Source: Lewinellaceae bacterium
GTDB lineage: Bacteria; Bacteroidota; Bacteroidia; Chitinophagales; Saprospiraceae
Reading direction: 5' to 3'
DNA: 64,000 nt
Assembly (NCBI GenBank): GCA_020636045.1
Contig: JACJYP010000006.1
Location: forward strand, 5,733 to 69,732
Positions within the stretch are counted from its first letter, which is position 1; each line of letters begins with the position of its first letter. The notes under the pieces were generated by a model. It ran no database searches and was not told the origin of the DNA. It saw only the letters and a list, made by a program, of their open reading frames with translations. The translations under genes were made by a program, and so were the position numbers. Below are positions 1 to 8,264 of the stretch, in pieces.

Positions 1-989
1 AGGACGAAAATTTCAAAATCCTGGGATTTAATGACGAGTATGGAAACAAGTTCTATACCCGTTACGACCGGACAAAAAAAGAATTTACCGCACTATGGAT
101 GCCGGCTTACGATCCGGTTTTGGGAGACTATTTTGAAACGCTTGCATACGAAGATTATCGTTGCGATAACGGCTTTTGTTTTCCCGTCAGGATCACGCAT
201 CAAAAAGCAACGGGTATATACAGGACCATTGCCGTAACAAACATTCAATTTGATCGGAACGATAAAGAAAAACCCGCCCGGAAAGAAATGGTAGAGATCG
301 AGATGGATACCATTTCGAACCATTTATTTTTAATAAAACTGTTGAATTTCAACAACAAGATGATGGTCTCAAAACACCGGAATTATTTATCGGTGTACGA
401 CGCTCCGATAAATATTGCGGTATGCCGTCAGGTCATCTCTTTCCTGCATGAGAAGTTTCCGGATCATCCCGTAAAGTATTGCTACCTGAGCCACCATCAT
501 CCGGACCACGCCGGCGGCGCGGGCGCCTTTATGGAAACAGGCTGTCGCATCGTAACCACGCCCGGCAACATCGCATACTTCAATCGTATATTTCAGGCCA
601 CGCACACGATGGAAGGCCGCCCGGTAAACACCACGAAAGCGGCCGGGCCATTGTTCGACGAAGTTGCAGTGAACAAAAACAGGCGCTTTGATGGCGACGA
701 TTACCCCGTAGTGGCCTGCGAAACAGGCGCATCGACGGGGCATACCAAAGAATACCTGCTTTTTTATTTCCCGGAAGACAAAGTGTTGTTTGCCGCCGAT
801 CTGGTGCTGTTTTATAAAAACGGTATCTATAACCAGGGCGAACGGGCTTTATCGGTATACAAATTCATTGAAGGTGAAAAACTGCCTGTAGAACGCATTT
901 TTACGGGCTGGCCGCTGCACCACTTTAATGACTATGGAACGGTGGAGGATATAAAAGCATGTCTGAAAGCAAAATATCCGGGATTGTGA
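1..989 (+). CDS. MBL-fold metallo-hydrolase, 5' end probably outside the window
   Basis: The frame of listed ORF 99..989 stays open back to base 3 with no stop, so the gene may start upstream. HxHxDH zinc motif in LSHHHPDHAGG, and later TGHTKEY and AADLV segments fit the fold. More than 100 aa of unassigned sequence precede the motif. Confidence 0.75.
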   Translation, partial: DENFKILGFNDEYGNKFYTRYDRTKKEFTALWMPAYDPVLGDYFETLAYEDYRCDNGFCFPVRITHQKATGIYRTIAVTNIQFDRNDKEKPARKEMVEIEMDTISNHLFLIKLLNFNNKMMVSKHRNYLSVYDAPINIAVCRQVISFLHEKFPDHPVKYCYLSHHHPDHAGGAGAFMETGCRIVTTPGNIAYFNRIFQATHTMEGRPVNTTKAAGPLFDEVAVNKNRRFDGDDYPVVACETGASTGHTKEYLLFYFPEDKVLFAADLVLFYKNGIYNQGERALSVYKFIEGEKLPVERIFTGWPLHHFNDYGTVEDIKACLKAKYPGL

Positions 990-1000
990 TCTGATTTCTT

Positions 1001-3205
1001 ATGCGCCAGAAATTTCCTTTTTATAAGCAGTTGGATCAAATGGACTGTGGCCCGACCTGCCTGAAGATGATCACTTCTTTCTACGGGAAAAACATATCGC
1101 GTGAATACCTTAGAGAGAAGACGTTCATCACCCGGGAAGGCGTAAGCATGGCGGGCATATCGGAAGCCGCCGAGTCCATTGGTTTGCAAAGTCTGGTTTT
1201 GTTGTCCACCTACGATATGCTGGTCGACGACATCCCGATGCCGTGTATTGCGCATTGGCGGCAGCGCCATTTTGTGGTGGTGTACAAAGCCGACCGCACG
1301 CATGTTTACGTAGCAGATCCGGCGTTCGGATTGATCAAATACACGAAGGAAGAATTCCTGAAAGGCTGGATTTCACAGCCGAGCCCGGATAAGGAAAATT
1401 CGGAAGGAATTCTTTTGGTCATGGAGCCATCCCTGATATTCTATGAAACGGAAAAAGGAGCGCCGGTAAAAAAAAGTTTTTCGTTTCTGCTGCCATTTAT
1501 CAAGCCGCACAAAAGACTGATCGCACAGTTGTTTGTCGGCTTGTTTATCGGGAGTGTTATTCAACTGATCTTCCCGTTTTTGACACAGGCGATTGTCGAT
1601 ATCGGCATCGGACAACACAACCTGAATTTTATTCACCTGGTGCTGGTGGGGCAACTGGTTTTATTTGCCTCCCAGACCATGACGAACGCCTTGCGAAGCT
1701 GGTTGCTGCTGCACATCACCAGCCGCATCAATATATCGCTGGTTTCCAATTTTCTGATCAAACTGATGCGTTTGCCCATTGCTTTTTTTGACACCAAAAC
1801 AGTGGGCGATTTGCTGCAAAGAATACAGGACAATTCCCGGATACAGAATTTTTTGTCTTCGGCGTCTTTGAATGTGCTTTTTTCTTCTTTTAGCATCGTT
1901 ATTTTTTCAGCGGTACTGTACTACTACAGTTTTTCTATTTTTTTTATACTGATATTATTTACACTGCTGAACATCGTCTGGGTAGCGCTTTTTCTTAAAA
2001 AAAGGGCTGTTTTGGATTACAAGCGTTTTGATCAGGCGGCCGGCAATCAGAGCAGCACCATTCAGTTGCTCAACGGCATGCAGGAAATAAAACTCAACAA
2101 TTCCGAGAAACGCAGAAGGTGGGAGTGGGAATTGATACAGGTGCGCTTGTTCAAACTCTCCATAAAAAGTTTGTCGCTGTCACAATTGCAGGATATCGGG
2201 GGGAACTTTATCCTGCAACTCATGAGCATCCTGATCACATTTTTCGCAGCCAAACAGGTGCTCGATAATGATTTTTCACTGGGCACCATGCTTTCCATAC
2301 AGTTTATTATCGGGCAACTGAACGTGCCGATAAACAGTTTCATCGGGTTTATGCAGGCATACCAGGATGCCAGGATCAGTCTGGAACGCCTGGCGGAGAT
2401 CCATGACAAGGAAGACGAAGTGAAAGAGGGCGACAACCTGATAGACCAGCTCCCGGCAGTAAAGGATATCACATTTAATAACGTGAGTTTCCGGTATGGC
2501 GGCAGCGCCTCCCCGATGGTGCTGGAGCATATTAACCTTACCATCCCCGAGGGCAAGGTGACCGCTATCGTGGGGGCCAGCGGCAGCGGCAAAACAACGT
2601 TATTAAAATTGATCCTGAAGTTTTACGAACCGACGGAAGGCCTCATAAATGTAGGCGCCAACAATTTGAATAATTTCGACAGCGACTTCTGGCGAAAGAA
2701 CATCGGGGTCGTGATGCAGGAGGGGTACATTTTTGCCGATACCGTTGCCAGAAACATTACAGAATCCGATTCGGATGGCATTTTGGACAAAGCGCGCCTT
2801 TTACAAGCAGTGCAGGTTGCAAACATTGAAGAATTTATCGAGACCCTGCCAAATGCCTATAAAACCCGTATCGGCGCCAGCGGCAGCAGCATCAGCGGAG
2901 GGCAAAAACAAAGGATCCTGATCGCCCGTACGGTGTATAAGAACCCCAGTTTTTTATTGTTTGACGAGGCGACCAGTTCTCTGGATGCGAACAATGAGAA
3001 GATCATCATGGAGAATCTCGAAAAATTCTTCAGGACAAAAACGGTGGTGATCGTAGCCCACCGGCTCAGCACGGTAAAGCATGCGGACAATATTGTGGTG
3101 CTGGATAAAGGGAGGATCATTGAAGAGGGCACGCATGAATACCTCACCGGTCTTAAAGGCGCGTATTACACCCTGATAAAAAACCAACTGGAACTTGGCG
3201 ATTAA
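1001..3205 (+). CDS. Peptidase C39 domain-containing ABC transporter (double-glycine leader-cleaving bacteriocin/RiPP exporter)
   Basis: N-terminal C39 signature QMDCGPTCL (Cys codon 1046..1048) with downstream CIAHW His. Multi-TM core. Walker A GASGSGKTT, ABC signature ISGGQKQR, Walker B LLFDEATSSLD. ATG lies 12 nt after the upstream stop. Confidence 0.92.
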   Translation: MRQKFPFYKQLDQMDCGPTCLKMITSFYGKNISREYLREKTFITREGVSMAGISEAAESIGLQSLVLLSTYDMLVDDIPMPCIAHWRQRHFVVVYKADRTHVYVADPAFGLIKYTKEEFLKGWISQPSPDKENSEGILLVMEPSLIFYETEKGAPVKKSFSFLLPFIKPHKRLIAQLFVGLFIGSVIQLIFPFLTQAIVDIGIGQHNLNFIHLVLVGQLVLFASQTMTNALRSWLLLHITSRINISLVSNFLIKLMRLPIAFFDTKTVGDLLQRIQDNSRIQNFLSSASLNVLFSSFSIVIFSAVLYYYSFSIFFILILFTLLNIVWVALFLKKRAVLDYKRFDQAAGNQSSTIQLLNGMQEIKLNNSEKRRRWEWELIQVRLFKLSIKSLSLSQLQDIGGNFILQLMSILITFFAAKQVLDNDFSLGTMLSIQFIIGQLNVPINSFIGFMQAYQDARISLERLAEIHDKEDEVKEGDNLIDQLPAVKDITFNNVSFRYGGSASPMVLEHINLTIPEGKVTAIVGASGSGKTTLLKLILKFYEPTEGLINVGANNLNNFDSDFWRKNIGVVMQEGYIFADTVARNITESDSDGILDKARLLQAVQVANIEEFIETLPNAYKTRIGASGSSISGGQKQRILIARTVYKNPSFLLFDEATSSLDANNEKIIMENLEKFFRTKTVVIVAHRLSTVKHADNIVVLDKGRIIEEGTHEYLTGLKGAYYTLIKNQLELGD

Positions 3206-3228
3206 ATCAATAGCCATACGCTCAAATC

Positions 3229-4521
3229 ATGGAATACATATCTAAAATCAATGAGTTGGAAGACTCCGACGAGCCTGTCCGGGAGATATTAGGTAAAGTA
3301 CCGAGCTGGCTTGTCCGCTGGGGCAACATGCTGATCCTGTTGTTTTTTATCAGTTTGATCGCCATTGCCAACCTGATCAAATTCCCGGAAAGTATACTCA
3401 CCTCGACCACCATACTCTCCGTCAATGCGCCCAAGCCGGTCGTTTCCAATGCCGGCGGCAAGCTGGTGTGGCTGGATGCCCGTGAAGGCCGGCATGTGGC
3501 CAAAGGCGCTTTGCTCGGATTTATGGAGAGCGTGGGAAAGCATCGCCAGGTACTGGATCTGTATGAACGCCTGAACCAGTTGAAATCGGATCTGAACGAG
3601 GGGGAAGTGAATAAGGCAAAGTGGCTGGATTTAAAATCGTACAGAGACCTGGGCGAACTGCAACAGGATTTTCAGGTTTTTTCCCAGGCCTGCATTGCCT
3701 ATCGAAATTATTTGGCAGGCGGGCTTTATCCTCAAAAGCGGGCGATGCTGAAGGCAGATCTGGCGCATTTGGCGCTGCTGAATGAAAACCTGAAGAAGCA
3801 GAAAAGTCTGTTGGAACAGGACTTCGTATTGTCTCAGCAGACCTTCAACATGAGTGAGACGCTGATGGAAGAAAAATTGATTTCCGAATCGGAGCTCCGG
3901 AATGAAAAAAGCAGGCTTCTGGGCAAAAAACTTACGTTGCCACAGGTGGAGGCTTCTATGATCGCGAACGAAACCCAGCAAAACGAGAAAAGAAAAGAGA
4001 TACTGGAACTGGATGACGCCATTTCAAAGCAAACCCAGTTGTTTCAGGAAGCCCTCGACTTGTTCAGGGGCCAGACGGAGGAGTGGATGAAAAAATATAT
4101 ACTCACGGCCCCTGTCGATGGTATCGTGGCGTTTAATTCTTTTATACAGGTAAACCAGCAGATCCAGCCCGATCAACTGATCTGCTATATCAATCCGGGA
4201 GACAGCCACTATTTTGCCGAAGCATATATTCCACAGGATAATTTCGGGAAAATAGCCATCGGCCAGGAGGTGTTGTTGCGGTTTCCTTCCTATCCCTACC
4301 AGGAGTACGGACTGGTGCGGGGAAAAATCGAATTTATCTCCCATATAGGCACTGAACAGGGCTATTTGTCCAAGATCGCCCTTCCCGACAACCTTTCCAC
4401 AACCGCCGATAAAAAGATCCAGTACCGGGAGGGGCTGACTGCCAATGCCGAGATCATTACGAAGGACATGAATCTGATCGAACGTTTTTACTACACCATC
4501 CTGCGCCTGAAAAAGTACTGA
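3229..4521 (+). CDS. HlyD-family secretion adaptor (membrane fusion protein)
   Basis: Single N-terminal TM (WGNMLILLFFISLIAIANLI), a long coiled-coil-like middle (LKKQKSLLEQ..., NEKRKEILELDD), and a beta-rich C-terminus. Sits 24 nt after the C39-ABC gene, the usual partner arrangement. Confidence 0.85.
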   Translation: MEYISKINELEDSDEPVREILGKVPSWLVRWGNMLILLFFISLIAIANLIKFPESILTSTTILSVNAPKPVVSNAGGKLVWLDAREGRHVAKGALLGFMESVGKHRQVLDLYERLNQLKSDLNEGEVNKAKWLDLKSYRDLGELQQDFQVFSQACIAYRNYLAGGLYPQKRAMLKADLAHLALLNENLKKQKSLLEQDFVLSQQTFNMSETLMEEKLISESELRNEKSRLLGKKLTLPQVEASMIANETQQNEKRKEILELDDAISKQTQLFQEALDLFRGQTEEWMKKYILTAPVDGIVAFNSFIQVNQQIQPDQLICYINPGDSHYFAEAYIPQDNFGKIAIGQEVLLRFPSYPYQEYGLVRGKIEFISHIGTEQGYLSKIALPDNLSTTADKKIQYREGLTANAEIITKDMNLIERFYYTILRLKKY

Positions 4522-4525
4522 CGAT

Positions 4526-5449
4526 ATGAAATACCTCCTTGGCATCCTTCTCCTGTCGTTCACCTGCTGCCGCCTCGCCCAGACCCAATCTGTCGAAAAA
4601 ACAGATTTCGCATTCAAAAACGCCCCCGGCGTTTCCTGCGTGTGGGTGACGCCAAAAACAGGAGCGGTAAAAGGCGTTGTGATGCTGATTGCCGGCTTCG
4701 GGGAGACGGCGGAAGGGGCGCTGACCGAAACCCGAATACCGACGGCATTATGCGAACGCGGCATGATGGCGGTGGTCGTAGGTTTGGGCGCGCATATGTA
4801 CGCGGATTCGTCAGTGACGGCAACGCTCAATGAGGTGACGGCCGCTGTACAGGAGCGCTATCACCCGGAATGCGAATGCATGGCCCTGGGCGGATTTTCC
4901 ATCGGCGGCGCGATCGCCCTGCGTTATGCCGAACGCTGCCACGAACAACCGGAGCAACACCCGTTGTTGCCAAATGCCGTTTTTGCCATCGATGCGCCTG
5001 TAGACCTTATTGAGTTGTGGGATTATTTTGAACGGGAAATAGCCCGGAATTTCGATCCTGTCGGAGTAGCGGAAGCGAAGTACGTATCCGAACTACTAAA
5101 ACGGGAAATCGGCACGCCTGCCGAAAACCGGGCCTTGTATGAGGCGCTTACGCCCTACTGCCACAGCTGTCCGGCGCCCGGCAACGAGCGCTTTTTGAAA
5201 AATACGGCCGTTCGGGTGTACCACGACATGGATCTGGACTGGTACCTGAAAAACAAAAAACGAAGCGCGTACGATTGCAATTTTCTGAACGCCTCGGCTT
5301 TCATTGCACAACTCTTGCAAGCGGGCAATGAGCAGGCCACCTTCGTCAGCGGCAAAACCGGCTACCGCAGCGACGGCACGCGAAACCCGCATGCATGGTC
5401 TATCGTAGACGAACAGGAACTGGCCATGTGGATCGACAAGATGTTCTGA
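4526..5449 (+). CDS. Secreted alpha/beta-hydrolase (esterase/lipase-like)
   Basis: N-terminal signal peptide MKYLLGILLLSFTCCRLAQ. Nucleophile elbow GFSIGG (GxSxG). Starts 5 nt after the HlyD stop, so likely co-transcribed. Confidence 0.7.
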   Translation: MKYLLGILLLSFTCCRLAQTQSVEKTDFAFKNAPGVSCVWVTPKTGAVKGVVMLIAGFGETAEGALTETRIPTALCERGMMAVVVGLGAHMYADSSVTATLNEVTAAVQERYHPECECMALGGFSIGGAIALRYAERCHEQPEQHPLLPNAVFAIDAPVDLIELWDYFEREIARNFDPVGVAEAKYVSELLKREIGTPAENRALYEALTPYCHSCPAPGNERFLKNTAVRVYHDMDLDWYLKNKKRSAYDCNFLNASAFIAQLLQAGNEQATFVSGKTGYRSDGTRNPHAWSIVDEQELAMWIDKMF

Positions 5450-5530
5450 CAGCGGAACCGGCCTCGAAAACGACCCTGGGTTTGATATCTGACAGATGCC
5501 GGTTGTCAGATTACGTCTTGAGGATGGGAG

Positions 5531-5677
5531 TTATGTTCTCCACGTAACGACTTCCACTCTTTGTGCAGCGAGTAACGTCCTTTGTGTAGTCGTTACAAGG
5601 AACGTTGTAGCGACTAACGTCCTTTGTGTAATGAGTAACGTCGTTTGTGTAGCGACTTACGCCCATTGGGTAAGGTT
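5531..5677. repeat. Degenerate 21-bp tandem repeat, about 7 units
   Basis: Units begin at 5531, 5552, 5573, 5594, 5615, 5636 and 5657. The core TAACGTC[C/G]TTTGTGTA is exact or near-exact at 5573, 5615 and 5636. The 5594 unit carries an imperfect inverted copy (ACAAGGAACGTT). Flanking units are degenerate. Confidence 0.8.
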
Positions 5678-5754
5678 GCCAGAAAGCCGGTTTCCCACTA
5701 CCGCCCGGAGCAACTCGAGCAGCGTTTTTGGGCGAGCACTCGCAGCGTATGAAC

Positions 5755-5793
5755 GGCCATGAATGGCCTCGACCGGGGCGGCATGAATGCCGC
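5755..5793. other. Two adjacent small stem-loops with identical ATGAAT centre
   Basis: GGCC-ATGAAT-GGCC at 5755..5768 and GCGGC-ATGAAT-GCCGC at 5778..5793. The stems differ but the central hexamer is the same. Confidence 0.5.
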
Positions 5794-5842
5794 GCTACCG
5801 GTTTCCTGTAAAATTTGTTCCCGTTCCGGCTCCCGCTCTCTC

Positions 5843-5883
5843 AAAAACAAAAAACGACTCGCGCAGCACATGCACAAGTCGTT
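5843..5883 (-). terminator. Rho-independent terminator downstream of the tRNA
   Basis: On the minus strand, AACGACT (5883..5877) pairs with AGTCGTT (5859..5853) and is followed by TTTTGTTTTTGA. It begins 12 nt after the tRNA 3' end. Confidence 0.5.
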
Positions 5884-5894
5884 GAAAATCAAGG

Positions 5895-5968
5895 TGGGCC
5901 CGGCAGGAATTGAACCCGCGACCGTCTGATTATGAGTCAGCTGCTCTAACCACCTGAGCTACGGGCCC
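5895..5968 (-). tRNA. tRNA with CAT anticodon (elongator Met, or lysidine-modified Ile2)
   Basis: Reverse complement is GGGCCCGTAGCTCAGGTGGTTAGAGCAGCTGACTCATAATCAGACGGTCGCGGGTTCAATTCCTGCCGGGCCCA. It has a 7-bp acceptor stem, D arm GCTC/GAGC, anticodon loop CTCATAA, and T arm GCGGG/CCTGC with loop TTCAATT. CCA is not encoded. The G1-C72 pair and the lack of a GGG/CCC anticodon stem argue against initiator. It resembles ileX-type tRNAs as recalled from memory, so Ile2 is as likely as Met. Confidence 0.9.
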
Positions 5969-5991
5969 GCTTGCTGTTGCAAGAAACGACG

Positions 5992-5999
5992 CAAAGGTA
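5992..5999 (-). promoter_or_regulatory. Candidate Bacteroidota -7 promoter box for the tRNA
   Basis: The minus strand reads TACCTTTG (TAnnTTTG consensus), 24 nt upstream of the tRNA 5' end. Confidence 0.4.
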
Positions 6000-6057
6000 A
6001 GTTTAATTCCAACATCGACGCGGCTTTTTGCAAGAGGCGCCTGCTAAAGATCGGGCG

Positions 6058-8190
6058 TCACGGCTTCACTAGTCTGCCGTACAAACGCTCCCTGCCAAAG
6101 TCGAGTTGGATCGTATAAACGCCGGATGGCCATTGGCCGGTGTCCAGATCACAGTGTGTACTACCGGAAGCAAGCGCATATTCCCCAACGATTCGTCCGT
6201 CGGAAGAAAACACCGTCATCTTGCCCGCCGTAGCCCTGGCGAAGGCGGGCGGATCCCAATATACCGTTGCCATACGATCGGCGGGGTTTGGTTGTACCCT
6301 CAGGGTCTGCCCGGTCGCGGCAGCGCCGGGTTCGGTAACAGGGGTTGTCAGATCGATGCGCCAGATCCCGGAACTCAGCGCGCAGGTGTACAGGTGGTTC
6401 TTAAACGTTTGTAGCGCGTAGATCTCATGGGAAAGGCCGAAGGGTGGCGTGTCGAGTTGCTCCCATGTGTCCCCCATGTCTTCACTAACAAAAAGAAGGC
6501 TGCCGGCAATCTGCGCGCCGCCGAAAGCATACAATTTATCTCCATGCAGGCATATATCGTTGAGCCGCAGAAAAGGCGACGCCGTTGCTTTGTGCCAGCT
6601 CGCGCCGTTGTCATCGGAATAAAACACGTAGAGGCCTGCTGCGAAAAGCCTGTCCTGTATCCGGTAAAAATTGCCTTTGAAATCCGTGTCGATCAGATCG
6701 CTCGCCTGCCAGCTTTGCCCCTGGTCGTCGGAGTAGACCAGCTTGCCGCCGAGGCTGATATTGGTGGGCAAAACAAAATAACGCCCGTCCTTTTCATAAA
6801 AATCATTGATGCCCACGTCCATGCCCGCCAGCACAACCCGGAACGAATCCTGTAGGCCGCCATTTTGAAAAATGACCACCTGGTTGGCGTTGAAATAGTA
6901 ATACGCGTCATCGATTGCCTGATTTTTCCTGAAAACGGGATGCGGGGCCAGGTTTGCGATGATGTCGAAGTGGTCGCCATTATCCGGGGAGTAATGGATA
7001 TTGCCGTCATTGTCAAGCACGTAGATCTCATTCCCCAAAACGCCGAATGTGATGACGTTGTATTGCAGCATCGCGAATTTGCTGAAGATGGGCTGCCAGT
7101 TTTGACCCTGATCGTCCGATCGAAAAACCTCGCCGCTCGTTTGGGCAAAAATATGCTCCGTATTGTGTTGCAGGTCGAACGTGAAATAGGCATGCAGGCC
7201 CGTACTGTTGCGGGCCCAACTGCTTCCCAGATCGTCGCTGCGGAAAATGCCAAACTCCGAACCGGCCATGATGGTATTGCCCTTTATCAGCATCGATCCC
7301 GGTGTCCGATACGGCGCCGGGATGGGCGCGCTGTTGACAATACTCCAGCTCAGCCCGAAATCTGGGGAGGTAAACACGTTTTCCCCCAATTCGGAATACA
7401 GCACGCCATTGCCCGTTTTCCAGGATGCTGCGTTGTGTAAGTTTAAAAAAGGCACAGTCGTCTTTGTCCAGCTCTGCCCCAGGTCGTGTGAAACAAGTAA
7501 CGAATCGCTCCGCGGGAGATAAATATCATTGCCCTCGATTTGCGGTTTCCCGGGTGTCATGGGAGGCGTAATTTTGAGGATGTACTCCCAGGAAAACCCG
7601 TAGTCGCCCGAAACATAAGCCGCGTTGTAGGCGACGTGCAGGATTTGTTTTTTATCCCAGGCAAAATGCGAGCCGGCGCTGTTGATCAACTCTTCCCAGC
7701 TGGCTCCGCCATCGAGCGATCGGATCAACTGAAAGGAAGTGACGATAAAAAGCACGTCGTCTATCCTGAATATCGACGAAATCGATTGAGGCGGGGATGT
7801 CCCGATACCGGGAAAGTTGCTGTTGTCCAGCGTCTGAAAAGACCAGTTCAGCCCATTGTCGATACTGGTATAAAAACGCGACTCGGAGCCCGTGAGAGTG
7901 GCTTCATTGCTGTACAGGTAAATGGTATCGCCGTATTGGGCGAGTCCGCTGACGCGGAAAAATTCGCCGAAAAGCGCATCCTGCTGCCAGCTTTGGCCGT
8001 CGTCGGAAGAGCGGAACAGGCCGTTGCGCGTACAGGCCCAGTATTCATCGCCGATCTCCGCGATCTGCAGGACCCGCCCTCCTTCCGGGGCGTTCAGGGC
8101 CGCCCACTGGGACTGGGCATTGGCGATAGAAGAAAAGAACAGGAACAACCAGATAAACCGGCTGGGAAAAACGGGGCGGAAGCAATACAT
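6058..8190 (-). CDS. Secreted BNR/Asp-box repeat beta-propeller protein (Sortilin/VPS10- or GH74-like) with T9SS C-terminal sorting domain
   Basis: Eleven SxDxGxxW-type Asp boxes (SSDDGQSWQ, SIDNGLNWS, SLDGGASWE, SHDLGQSWT, SDDLGSSWA, SDDQGQNWQ, SDDNGASWH, SEDMGDTWE and others). C-terminal LRVQPNPADRMATVYW...GVYTIQL matches a type-A T9SS CTD. I start it at the ATG at 8190, which gives the signal peptide MYCFRPVFPSRFIWLFLFFSSIANAQ. Confidence 0.85.
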   Translation of the reverse strand: MYCFRPVFPSRFIWLFLFFSSIANAQSQWAALNAPEGGRVLQIAEIGDEYWACTRNGLFRSSDDGQSWQQDALFGEFFRVSGLAQYGDTIYLYSNEATLTGSESRFYTSIDNGLNWSFQTLDNSNFPGIGTSPPQSISSIFRIDDVLFIVTSFQLIRSLDGGASWEELINSAGSHFAWDKKQILHVAYNAAYVSGDYGFSWEYILKITPPMTPGKPQIEGNDIYLPRSDSLLVSHDLGQSWTKTTVPFLNLHNAASWKTGNGVLYSELGENVFTSPDFGLSWSIVNSAPIPAPYRTPGSMLIKGNTIMAGSEFGIFRSDDLGSSWARNSTGLHAYFTFDLQHNTEHIFAQTSGEVFRSDDQGQNWQPIFSKFAMLQYNVITFGVLGNEIYVLDNDGNIHYSPDNGDHFDIIANLAPHPVFRKNQAIDDAYYYFNANQVVIFQNGGLQDSFRVVLAGMDVGINDFYEKDGRYFVLPTNISLGGKLVYSDDQGQSWQASDLIDTDFKGNFYRIQDRLFAAGLYVFYSDDNGASWHKATASPFLRLNDICLHGDKLYAFGGAQIAGSLLFVSEDMGDTWEQLDTPPFGLSHEIYALQTFKNHLYTCALSSGIWRIDLTTPVTEPGAAATGQTLRVQPNPADRMATVYWDPPAFARATAGKMTVFSSDGRIVGEYALASGSTHCDLDTGQWPSGVYTIQLDFGRERLYGRLVKP

Positions 8191-8264
8191 GATGTGATAA
8201 TTTGGAATGGTTGATTGAACCTCCAAGTTAGGCCTTTACCCGTTATTGCAAATGTCACGTTTTG

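Noticed and set aside
5531-5677. The 21-bp repeat array considered as a CRISPR array.
   Set aside because: The units are contiguous with no unique spacers, the period is too short, and no cas genes are present in the window.
5496-5892. Listed ORFs 5496..5762 (+) and 5698..5892 (-) as ordinary protein genes.
   Set aside because: Both lie in a repeat- and hairpin-dense intergenic region. The minus ORF runs through the tRNA terminator. The plus ORF is kept only as a hypothesis in the findings, not as a feature.
1-5968. Export cassette considered as a genomic island integrated at the 3' end of the tRNA.
   Set aside because: No integrase, excisionase or transposase is present, and I could not find a direct repeat of the tRNA 3' end by eye. 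Only the compositional impression and the tRNA adjacency support the idea. It cannot be judged without the sequence to the left.
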